This document shows positions 8,240-16,964 of a stretch of 64,000 nucleotides of DNA, one piece after another; the stretch's first letter is position 1, and the number at the start of each line of letters is the position of its first letter. Under the pieces are notes generated by a model, which was not told the origin of the DNA, ran no database searches, and was given only the letters and a program-made list of their open reading frames with translations. Origin of the DNA: an uncultured Planctomycetaceae bacterium. GTDB taxonomy: Bacteria > Planctomycetota > Planctomycetia > Planctomycetales > Planctomycetaceae. The stretch is from positions 1 to 64,000 of the forward strand of contig CAXBME010000024.1 in the NCBI GenBank assembly GCA_963976765.1, in the 5' to 3' direction. A program made the translations under genes and the position numbers.

Positions 8240-11200
8240 ATGTCCCCTGCTCGGTTCAGCGTCCGGAACCCGGTTCTCGTCAATATGCTGATGCTGGTCA
8301 TTCTGGCCGGTGGGACGATCTTTGCGCTGACGCTCGTTCGCGAGATGTTTCCTGAGTTTCGTCCGAACAAACTGATCATCACGGCCATCCATCCCGGCGT
8401 GCAGCCACAGGAGATCGAAAAGGCTGTCACGATCAAGATTGAAGAAGCCGTTCGCGATGTGGAAGGCGTCGAGAAAATCGACTCGACGGTTTCTGAAAGT
8501 CAAAGCGTCACCACGCTGACACTCTATAACGAAGTCGAAGACGCCGAAAAAGTTCTCAACGAAGTCAAACGTGAGATCGACGCGCTGCCAGACCTTCCCG
8601 ACGATCTTGAACGCGTCACCGTCAAAAGCTTCGAACCCATGCTGCCGGTCATCTCCGTCGCGATTTACGGCGACGGCGACGAAGCGGATCTGAAACAGGC
8701 AACGCGGGATCTGCGTGACGATTTGCTCGACTTACCCGGTGTCAGTCGAATTGTCGTCAGCGGCGTTCGAGACGACGAAATCAGCGTCGAGATTATTCCC
8801 GAGCGACTGATTGAGTACGACGTCACCTTTGACGAAGTGGCTGACTCCATCCGTCGGTCAAACCTCGACGTGTCCGGTGGGCAACTGAAAGGATCGCGCA
8901 CGACCGTTGCCGTTCGAACCGTCGGCGAAGAACTGCAAGGCGTCGACCTGGAAGACATCGTCGTGCGGTCCGGTGGCGCTGATGGAAGGAAAATTCTGCT
9001 GCGGGATGTCGCGACAGTTGCTGACGGCTTCGTTGATGTCGATATCGAAGGCTACTTCGACTCGAAGCCGGCCATGAGCTGTGACGTCTACAAAACAAAG
9101 TCGCAGGATGCGATTCAGATCTCATCTGTCGTAAAAGCGTACGTCGCCGGCAAACAGGGTTTACCGCTCAGTCCGGACAGTGATGAAAGTTGGCAGGCCG
9201 GGCTGTTTCAGACAGTTTCCAGATTCGTCGACGCGATGATTGGTCGTCCCGATCTGCAGAAAGTTTACGACGAAAGCCGTGCCAACCCGTTCAACCATGA
9301 CTTCGACATCGCGTTGAACACCGACCTGGCACGGTTCATTGAAGGCCGACTGGACCTCATGGCGAGGAACGGAAAGACCGGCCTGGTGCTTGTCCTGATT
9401 TCTCTGGTGCTGTTTCTGAACTGGCGAGTCGCTTTCTGGGCGGCTATCGGTCTGCCGGTTTCGTTTCTGGGCACGTTCATTGTGATGTGGATTTTTGGCA
9501 TCTCGATCAACCTGCTCAGCGTTTTCGGTCTGATCATCGTCCTGGGCATCATCGTCGACGATGCGATCGTCATTGGCGAAAACATTTGCCGACACGTCGA
9601 GGAAGGCGAACCTGCGGAACAGGCCGCCGTCACAGCTACCGAGGAGGTTCAGTGGCCGGTCGTTATCGCCGTCCTGACCACCATTGCCGCGTTTGCTCCG
9701 CTGTTGTTCATTCAGGGAACGATTGGCGACTTCATGGGTGAACTGCCGATCGTCGTCATGGCTGCGCTCAGCGTCTCGCTGGTCGAAGCTCTGGTCATTC
9801 TGCCCTCGCACCTGCGAAACCTCCCCAGTCCGGAAGAAGAGGAAAGACGACGAAAAGCGGCCGGCGAGCCCAATGCATTCGTCAAAGCTTTTCATCGTAT
9901 GCGAGATGCCCAGGAACGATTTGTCGTCGAAGTCCTGCAAACCAGGTACGAGAAGTTTCTGCGGAAGGCACTTCGCTGGAAGTACCTCACTATCTGCGTC
10001 GCCGTTGCGACGATGTTCATTTCGTTTGGTCTCGTTGCGGGCGGCATCGTCGAGTTCGTCTTCGTCCAGGACATGGACAGCGAGACTGTCATCTGCGACA
10101 TCGAACTTCCTATCGGCAGTCCATCTGACCGGGTGCGTGCTCGCGTCATGCAGATCAGCGACTTCGTCAGGAAGGCTCCCGAAGTTGTCAGCGTTCAGGC
10201 GTTCGTCGGGATTCAGGTCGACGTTGCTGGCGAAGGCGCGGTGGGGTTCAAGAATCAATCGCATCTTGGTCAGCTGGTCATCGAGCTTCAGGAGTCGGAC
10301 GCTCGCGAACGCGCCGGCGGACGATCCAGCAACGAACTGCTCGCCGAGTGTCGCGAGTTCACTCGAAAGCTGCCCGAGATCAACGCCGTTCGCTGGCTGG
10401 CATTGAATGGCGGACCCGGAGGCAAGGACGTTGTCGTCAGGATCAGCGGGGCCGAGACAGAAGAACTCGTCGAGGTTGCTTCGCTGATTCGAGAAGAAGT
10501 CAGCAGCTACCAGGGCGTCTTCGATCTGGACGATGACTACGATGCCGGACAGCGCGAGGTGCAACTTAAGTTGTTTGAAGCCGCAGGTGCCAGCGGCAGT
10601 TCGGTAGCGGCTCTCGGTACGCATGTCCGATCGGCGCTGTACGGTCGCGAAGCTCGGCGAATTACGCGCAATCGCGAAGACGTTCGCATCATGGTGCGGT
10701 ATCCGGAATCATTCCGCGAAAGTGTCTACAACCTGGAATCGATGTGGATCCCAACCGGCACCGTGGTCGGCCAGCGCCGCTGGATTCCTTTACGACAGAT
10801 TGCAGAACTCGCTGAAACTGACGGAGTCACCTCGCTGTATCGCAGCCAGAATTCGCGAGCGGTCACCGTTTACGCCAACGTCGACGATCAACAGGGCAAC
10901 ACGTCGGACATTTTGAAGGGCGTGCAGAAGAAGTTCGACGAGAGCATTCTGCCCGATCACCCGAACGTGAATATTGAGTTTCTGGGCAGCTTCGAAGAAA
11001 TGCGAAAGTCGTTCTCCGGGCTGAAACTGGCGTTCCCCGTCGCGCTGTTGCTGATTTATATGATGCTGGCCGGACTGTTCCGTTCGTACGGTCAGCCACT
11101 GGTCGTCATGGCGGCAATCCCGTTCGGATTTCAGGGTGCCATCATCGGTCATCTGCTGACGAACAACCCAATCACGATTCTGAGTTTGATCGGCATGGTG

Positions 11201-11521
11201 GCTCTCAGCGGAATTCTGGTGAACGATTCGCTGGTTCTCGTTGACTTTATTAACAGCCGAGTCCGCACGGGCATCAACCATTTCGAAGCCAGTATCGACG
11301 GGGCAAAGCTCCGCCTGCGAGCGATCCTGCTTACAACGCTCACCACCGCAGCCGGCCTGACGCCGCTGATGTTTGAAACCAGCTTTCAGGCGAAATTCAT
11401 GATCCCGATGGCGGTGACGTTGACCTTCGGACTGATTTTCGCAACAGGGTTGACGCTGGTCATCGTCCCGGCGCTGAATCTGATCTTTCTGGAACTCCGC
11501 GGCCACGAGCCAGGCGAGTAG
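8240..11521 (+). CDS. RND-family (AcrB/AcrD/AcrF) efflux permease
   Basis: 1093 aa with two large periplasmic loops; TM4 [15 protein letters not shown]-terminal [19 protein letters not shown]. Confidence 0.95.
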   Translation: MSPARFSVRNPVLVNMLMLVILAGGTIFALTLVREMFPEFRPNKLIITAIHPGVQPQEIEKAVTIKIEEAVRDVEGVEKIDSTVSESQSVTTLTLYNEVEDAEKVLNEVKREIDALPDLPDDLERVTVKSFEPMLPVISVAIYGDGDEADLKQATRDLRDDLLDLPGVSRIVVSGVRDDEISVEIIPERLIEYDVTFDEVADSIRRSNLDVSGGQLKGSRTTVAVRTVGEELQGVDLEDIVVRSGGADGRKILLRDVATVADGFVDVDIEGYFDSKPAMSCDVYKTKSQDAIQISSVVKAYVAGKQGLPLSPDSDESWQAGLFQTVSRFVDAMIGRPDLQKVYDESRANPFNHDFDIALNTDLARFIEGRLDLMARNGKTGLVLVLISLVLFLNWRVAFWAAIGLPVSFLGTFIVMWIFGISINLLSVFGLIIVLGIIVDDAIVIGENICRHVEEGEPAEQAAVTATEEVQWPVVIAVLTTIAAFAPLLFIQGTIGDFMGELPIVVMAALSVSLVEALVILPSHLRNLPSPEEEERRRKAAGEPNAFVKAFHRMRDAQERFVVEVLQTRYEKFLRKALRWKYLTICVAVATMFISFGLVAGGIVEFVFVQDMDSETVICDIELPIGSPSDRVRARVMQISDFVRKAPEVVSVQAFVGIQVDVAGEGAVGFKNQSHLGQLVIELQESDARERAGGRSSNELLAECREFTRKLPEINAVRWLALNGGPGGKDVVVRISGAETEELVEVASLIREEVSSYQGVFDLDDDYDAGQREVQLKLFEAAGASGSSVAALGTHVRSALYGREARRITRNREDVRIMVRYPESFRESVYNLESMWIPTGTVVGQRRWIPLRQIAELAETDGVTSLYRSQNSRAVTVYANVDDQQGNTSDILKGVQKKFDESILPDHPNVNIEFLGSFEEMRKSFSGLKLAFPVALLLIYMMLAGLFRSYGQPLVVMAAIPFGFQGAIIGHLLTNNPITILSLIGMVALSGILVNDSLVLVDFINSRVRTGINHFEASIDGAKLRLRAILLTTLTTAAGLTPLMFETSFQAKFMIPMAVTLTFGLIFATGLTLVIVPALNLIFLELRGHEPGE

Positions 11522-11658
11522 GATTCAGAGCCCGGTCGACCGATAGTAACCGGCCCGACACGCATCGTCTCAGTTGGTTGAGCATCCGACCGTTGATAAA
11601 GTGTCGGACTTCCGATTTTCTCAGCCACCCGCGAGTCCCGCCCTTCGGAGTTCACACC

Positions 11659-12525
11659 ATGAGACGTCTTGCTCTGTCGCTGTTTCTGATGCTTGTCTGC
11701 ACGGCCACGCTTTCTGCAGAGGACAAAGCGAAACTCAAAGGACTGATCATTACGGGCGGGTGCTGCCACGATTACGACAACCAGAAACTGATCATCGAGC
11801 AGGGTCTCAGCCAGCGAATCAGCATCGACTTTGACGTTGTTCATGAAGGCGGCACGGGCCGGGATCACAAAGTTTCGGTTTACAGCCAGCCGGGCTGGGC
11901 AAAAAAGTACGACGTCATTATTCACAACGAATGCTTCGGCGGCGTCGCTGATGATGATTTTGTCAAAGCGATTGCTCAGGCACACTTTGAAGGCGTTCCG
12001 GCGGTTTTCATCCATTGCTCACTGCACAGCTATCGGACGGCTCCTGTTGGAGCGGACGCGTGGCGGGAGCTGATCGGTGTCACGTCACGACGGCACGAAA
12101 GCAAGCACCACGTGGTGGCTCAAAACGTCAACGAGCATCACCCCATCATGACCGGCTTTCCTCTTGAGTGGACCACTCCCAACGGCGAGCTGTACATCAT
12201 CGAAAAGGTCTGGCCGAACGCGACACCGCTGCTGCAGGCTTACGGAAAAGATACGAAGCAGGTTCATACGGTCGCCTGGATCAACTCGTTCGGCAAAGCA
12301 AAGGTCTTTGGAACGTCGCTCGGCCATCACAACGAGACAATGAACAATGACGTCTGGCTCGGCATGTTTGCTCGCGGAGTCCTCTGGACCTGCGGCAAGC
12401 TCGACAACGACGGGAAACCGATGGCCGGCTACGAAGGCACTGGCGTCAAGCCGATCGAGTTGCCAAAGCTGGAACCGGTCCCGGAGAAGAAATCGGCCGG
12501 AAAGAAGCCTGCTAAGAAACAGTAG
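11659..12525 (+). CDS. Secreted ThuA-like (class I glutamine amidotransferase-fold) protein
   Basis: GGAG RBS then ATG 11659; signal peptide; LIITGGCCHDY, HPIM, GELY, VFGTSLGH motifs. Confidence 0.85.
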   Translation: MRRLALSLFLMLVCTATLSAEDKAKLKGLIITGGCCHDYDNQKLIIEQGLSQRISIDFDVVHEGGTGRDHKVSVYSQPGWAKKYDVIIHNECFGGVADDDFVKAIAQAHFEGVPAVFIHCSLHSYRTAPVGADAWRELIGVTSRRHESKHHVVAQNVNEHHPIMTGFPLEWTTPNGELYIIEKVWPNATPLLQAYGKDTKQVHTVAWINSFGKAKVFGTSLGHHNETMNNDVWLGMFARGVLWTCGKLDNDGKPMAGYEGTGVKPIELPKLEPVPEKKSAGKKPAKKQ

Positions 12526-12566
12526 GTGAGGCTGACCCTGCTAATTGGTGTCACGCAAGGGCTGGT

Positions 12567-14399
12567 TTAGTTCGTCGTGTCATGTCGTTGTTTCGTGGTT
12601 GTCACTTTCCGGCATTGAGTAATTGCGAGAACTGCCAGAAAGATCAGCGCCGCTGCCAGCAGAATGCTTCCGGCGTTGATCGGTCCCTTCGTGCCACTCC
12701 AGACGATGGCGTAGCCGAGGCAGCCAGGGATCAGGGCATAGTAGGCGAAGACGCAGAGTGTCTTGCGGATGACGGCTCCTTCCTTGCCGATCAGACCGAC
12801 AACTGCTGAAGCAGCCACTACGTTGTGAACGCAGATGGTGTTGCCGGCCGCGCCGCCGATGGCCTGCAGGGCGACGATCCAGTCCGGAGAAACTCCAATT
12901 CGAGTTCCCACGTTAAACTGGAACAACGAAAACATCATGTTGCTCACTGTGTTGCTGCCCGCGACGAACGCTCCCAGGCCACCGATCAACGGTGCAAAGA
13001 TCGGCCACGCTGCTCCAGTGAGATTTGCGACGCCCTCGGCCAGCACGATCGGCATCTTCTCCAGCCCGCCCGCTCCGTTTTGCGAGTTGATAAAAACCTG
13101 AACCATCGGCACGGTAAACACCAGTGCGACGGACGCCTTCAGGACGGTCCTGCCAGACGCTTTCCACGCTCGTGCGTAAGCCGCTGTCGACATTTGATGC
13201 AGCGCGAAGGTGATGACTGAGGCAACGATGAAGATGAAACCCGGCAGGTAGAGTGGTTGCACTTTCGAGGTGATCTTCATCAGCCTGTCAGCGGCCAGCG
13301 ATGACGGCACGACGGAGTCCCAGTTAATCAGTAACTGGACGGACTCCAGCAGGCTCTTAACGCGAAGTTCGGGAACGCGAGTCGCGACGAGCAGGCCAGC
13401 CACAATTACATACGGCAGCCAGGCTTTGACCAGACTCATCGTCGGTTCGGACGATTCTGCTTCGTGGAGTTCGATGGTGCCGTTCCAGTCGGCGTCCCAG
13501 GTTTCTCGCGGCGCGAAATCCCACGGTTCACCTTTCGGGATCAGAAACCCTTTTCGCGCTGCGGTGACGACAACTGCCAGGCCACACAAACCACCGATCA
13601 GCGATGGAAACTCGGGGCCCAGGAAAACGGCGACCGCGAGGTACGGCAACGTCATGGCCAGCGCCGAGAAGATCGCGAATGGCCACATGCGGAGCCCGTC
13701 GGCGAACGAACGGTTCGGGCCAAAGAACCGGGTCATGAACGAAATGACGAAGAGCGGGATCAACGTTCCGGCCACGGCGTGCAGCGTTGCCACCTTTGCG
13801 CCGATGCTCGCCAGAAACGCCGGCGGAAGCGTCCCGCTCGACGAGGTGAAACCCTGGGCAGCGGCGAAGTCGATGACGCCCGGATCGTTGGCAAATCCGC
13901 CGCTGACTCCGATCAGGATTGGAGTCCCGAGCCCTCCAAACGAAACTGGCGTGCTTTGAATCATCATGCCGGCCACGACGGCCGCCATCGCCGGAAAGCC
14001 GAGCCCGACCAGCAGCGGAACAGCGACGGCGGCAGGCGTTCCGAATCCCGCCGAGCCTTCGATAAACGAACCAAACAGCCAGGCGACAATGATGACCTGA
14101 ACTCGTCGGTCCGGTGAAATATCGGTGAAGCCTCGACGGATCGCGCGCAGCGCTCCGCCCTCCTGCAGCGTGTTCAGCAGCAGGATCGCTCCAAAGATGA
14201 TGTAGAGAATCGTGCCGGCAAGAATCAACCCGTGAAGTGACGCGACGGCCACCTGAATGGCAGGCACCTTCCAGACAAACAGGGCCAGGTTAGCAACCGT
14301 CAGATATGACAGCGGCATCGCTCGACTGGCTGGCCAGCGAAGGACGACGAGGAAGAGTCCGACAACGACAATCGGCAATGTGGCAAGCAGTGCGAACAT
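12567..14399 (-). CDS. lldP: L-lactate permease (LctP/LldP family)
   Basis: Polytopic membrane protein; [40 protein letters not shown] motifs. Confidence 0.92.
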   Translation of the reverse strand: MFALLATLPIVVVGLFLVVLRWPASRAMPLSYLTVANLALFVWKVPAIQVAVASLHGLILAGTILYIIFGAILLLNTLQEGGALRAIRRGFTDISPDRRVQVIIVAWLFGSFIEGSAGFGTPAAVAVPLLVGLGFPAMAAVVAGMMIQSTPVSFGGLGTPILIGVSGGFANDPGVIDFAAAQGFTSSSGTLPPAFLASIGAKVATLHAVAGTLIPLFVISFMTRFFGPNRSFADGLRMWPFAIFSALAMTLPYLAVAVFLGPEFPSLIGGLCGLAVVVTAARKGFLIPKGEPWDFAPRETWDADWNGTIELHEAESSEPTMSLVKAWLPYVIVAGLLVATRVPELRVKSLLESVQLLINWDSVVPSSLAADRLMKITSKVQPLYLPGFIFIVASVITFALHQMSTAAYARAWKASGRTVLKASVALVFTVPMVQVFINSQNGAGGLEKMPIVLAEGVANLTGAAWPIFAPLIGGLGAFVAGSNTVSNMMFSLFQFNVGTRIGVSPDWIVALQAIGGAAGNTICVHNVVAASAVVGLIGKEGAVIRKTLCVFAYYALIPGCLGYAIVWSGTKGPINAGSILLAAALIFLAVLAITQCRKVTTTKQRHDTTN

Positions 14400-14453
14400 C
14401 TCGAAATCCTTTGGCCACTCTAAAACAGACAGACATCGACATGCTCAAAAGCA

Positions 14454-14524
14454 AACCACGGAATACATAGAAAGACACGGAAGAGTTTTGATGGCTTCCG
14501 TGTCTTTCTGTGTATTCCGTGGTT
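14454..14524. repeat. Intergenic palindromic element with 30-bp arms (CACGGAA-type)
   Basis: AACCACGGAATACATAGAAAGACACGGAAG-N11-CTTCCGTGTCTTTCTGTGTATTCCGTGGTT; 29/30 complementary. Confidence 0.9.
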
Positions 14525-14556
14525 ATCTCACTTCGAGAGTGGTTTTGAAGCCATTG

Positions 14557-15372
14557 TCAGAACTGATGACCTTCCTGGGGGCCGTCTTTGGTCAGCGTCA
14601 TGATCTCCGGGCCTTCGTCCGTCATCAGGATCGTGTGTTCGAACTGCGCGGTCAGCTTGCCGTCGAGCGTTCGGACGGTCCAGCCGTCGAACTTGTCGAG
14701 AACCGTTTTCCAGGTTCCCTGATTGAGCATCGGTTCGATCGTAAAGCACATGCCGGGGCGAACGATCTGGCTGCCTGCCCGGCTGCCTCGGAACCAGAAG
14801 TGTGGCACGCCTGGCTCCTGGTGAAAGCTGCGACCGATGCCGTGTCCCTGGTAATCTCGGACGACTTCGAATTCCCGTTCGGTCGCGTACTTGTAAATGG
14901 CGGCGCCGATGTCGCGGATTTTTCCGTACGGCTCGATGGCTCGGATGCCGACCCACAACGATTCGAACGTTGTCTGAACCAGGCGTTTTGCCTCTTCGGA
15001 GACTTCGCCGATTAGAAACGTTTCCGACTGGTCGCCGTGCCAGCCGTCGACGATCGTTGTCAGGTCGATGTTGACGATGTCGCCGTCTTTCAATTCGTAC
15101 TCGTTGGGAATTCCGTGGCAGACGACTTCGTTCACACTGATGCAACTGACGTTGGGGTATGGTGGCGCGCCCGGAGGCCCTGCATAACCCAGGCAGGCTG
15201 GCGTGTGACCGTGGTCGAGCGTGTATTCCTCAAGCATTCTGTCGAGGTCGATTGTCCGAACACCGGGCTTGGCATGTGGACGGATAAAGTCCATCAGTTC
15301 GGCGTTAAAGCGACTCGCGGCTCGCAGGAACTCTCGTTCTTCAGCGTTGTAAATTGGTGGCTGCCTGCCCAA
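14557..15372 (-). CDS. map: Type I methionine aminopeptidase
   Basis: CISVNEVVCHGIP, DGWHGD, GHGIG..FH, FTIEPM, AQFEHT; TTG start with GGAG RBS. Confidence 0.96.
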   Translation of the reverse strand: MGRQPPIYNAEEREFLRAASRFNAELMDFIRPHAKPGVRTIDLDRMLEEYTLDHGHTPACLGYAGPPGAPPYPNVSCISVNEVVCHGIPNEYELKDGDIVNIDLTTIVDGWHGDQSETFLIGEVSEEAKRLVQTTFESLWVGIRAIEPYGKIRDIGAAIYKYATEREFEVVRDYQGHGIGRSFHQEPGVPHFWFRGSRAGSQIVRPGMCFTIEPMLNQGTWKTVLDKFDGWTVRTLDGKLTAQFEHTILMTDEGPEIMTLTKDGPQEGHQF

Positions 15373-15623
15373 CAGAAGACTCCAGTTTTTGATGACTCAA
15401 AAAAACTTGCGGGTTCGGCTCAATTGCCTTGGGCAATCTCGCCGATGACCAGAGAAAGCAAAATTTGCGGGCCGTTATAGCAGTTGGACCTGCTGAATAG
15501 AAACTGCTTGCCCTGACGGCGACGCTTACTGAAGGTCAGTGGCTGCTCACAACCGGCTTTCAGAGCGATCAAACACGAGTAGAGCTGTCTGAACGGCAGC
15601 GGTCGAACCTGGTTTCGGCGAAG

Positions 15624-16847
15624 TTGACTCAAGGAAGGGTCAGAACAATGTGGAATTTTTCAAGCTCCGTGACGCAACCACGGATCATTATCCGACTTGC
15701 TGTGGTCATGTCTGCTGCGGTCGTCCTGGCGAATCCGGTCGTTGCTCAGGAGTCACCGTTCGCTGGTCAGATTCCGACAACCATCACCGCCGAATCGTTT
15801 ATTCAAACGTCGGCTGTGAGTTGTTCGGCACTCTGCTTGTCGCGTTGCGGAGCGAACTCGTGCGGCGCCAACTCTGCCTGCAAACCAAGTGGAGCCTGCG
15901 GAGCAAGTGGAGCCTGCAGAGCAAGTGGAGCCTGCAGAGCAAGTGGAGCTTGCGGAGCAAGTCGGGCCGGGTGTGGAGTCGGTTGCAGCGATTCCGGTTC
16001 AGCCTGCCCGGTGGCGGGACTTTGGGATGCGATCTCATCGCCGAGCTGCGGTAATGGACCGGGAACGCTCATGCGTTGGGGTTACGGTTCCGGCGAAACT
16101 GGCGGACCGAATTTCGACGAACCGCTCGTCACGGACCGACCTGACTTCACCGAAGCATCGTCGACCGTCGGCAAGGGTGTTCTGCAGATCGAGTTTGGAT
16201 ACACCTACACGCAGAACCGCGACAACGGCAGCGAAACGATTTCACACAGCATCGGCGAGCCGCTGTTCCGGTACGGAATCCTGGCTGACTGGCTGGAGTT
16301 TCGTTTCGCCGCCTTCCCGACGATCGAAGAACGAAATCCAGCCGGCGGGCCCAACGACACGACTTCCGGTACCGAAGACCTTTATCTCGGCTTCAAAATC
16401 GGGCTGACACCGCAGGAAGGCATTCTTCCCGAGATGGCGATTCTTCCTCAGATGACGGTCCCCTCCGGCAGCAGCGCCTTCACCAATGACCAGGTGCTGC
16501 CCGGAGTCAACTGGCTTTACTCGTGGGCGGTAACAGACGACCTGGCTGTCGCTGGCAGCACGCAGTTTAACCGAGCAGTCAATGACACCGGTGACGCTTA
16601 CACCGAATGGGCTCAGTCAGCGACGGCTGCGTTTTCGATTTCAGAAGACGTCGGCGCTTACTGCGAGTGGTACGGCCTGTTCCCGCACGCGGCCACTGGC
16701 GGCGTGAAGCCCGAGCACTATCTGAACGGCGGATTCACTTACCTGTTTTCAAACGACGTCCAGTTTGACATCCGAGCGGGCTACGGACTCAACGACGCAG
16801 CCGACGACGTGTTTATCGGCAGTGGCTTGTCAGTTCGGTTTCGTTGA
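15624..16847 (+). CDS. Outer-membrane beta-barrel of the phenol-MetA-degradation-like 'transporter' family with a Cys-rich N-terminal extension
   Basis: Signal peptide; LVTDRPDFTEASSTVGKGVLQIEFGY family motif; amphipathic strands ending SGLSVRFR. Start uncertain (15624, 15648 or later). Confidence 0.8.
   Translation: MTQGRVRTMWNFSSSVTQPRIIIRLAVVMSAAVVLANPVVAQESPFAGQIPTTITAESFIQTSAVSCSALCLSRCGANSCGANSACKPSGACGASGACRASGACRASGACGASRAGCGVGCSDSGSACPVAGLWDAISSPSCGNGPGTLMRWGYGSGETGGPNFDEPLVTDRPDFTEASSTVGKGVLQIEFGYTYTQNRDNGSETISHSIGEPLFRYGILADWLEFRFAAFPTIEERNPAGGPNDTTSGTEDLYLGFKIGLTPQEGILPEMAILPQMTVPSGSSAFTNDQVLPGVNWLYSWAVTDDLAVAGSTQFNRAVNDTGDAYTEWAQSATAAFSISEDVGAYCEWYGLFPHAATGGVKPEHYLNGGFTYLFSNDVQFDIRAGYGLNDAADDVFIGSGLSVRFR
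15876..15962 (+). repeat. 18-nt coding tandem repeat (~4.8 copies)
   Basis: Unit GCCTGC(A/G)GAGCAAGTGGA encoding AC(R/G)ASG. Confidence 0.92.
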
Positions 16848-16964
16848 GAACCGCGTCTGGGCAGTATCGTGTGAGTTCTCCGTCGAACGCGTCTCATCAT
16901 CGCTCTCAACTTGCCGGTCCGGAGTTTGATTCCCGTCGCAGGCTTGTCGAGACGCACGCTGCAT

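Noticed and set aside
9161..10624. 487-aa minus-strand ORF (and similar long shadows such as 6136-7317 and 34286-35242)
   Set aside because: Antisense to clear genes, with no domain motifs.
15876..15962. Possible CRISPR array
   Set aside because: Head-to-tail 18-nt units with no spacers, in frame within a CDS, and no cas genes. No CRISPR array seen anywhere in the window.
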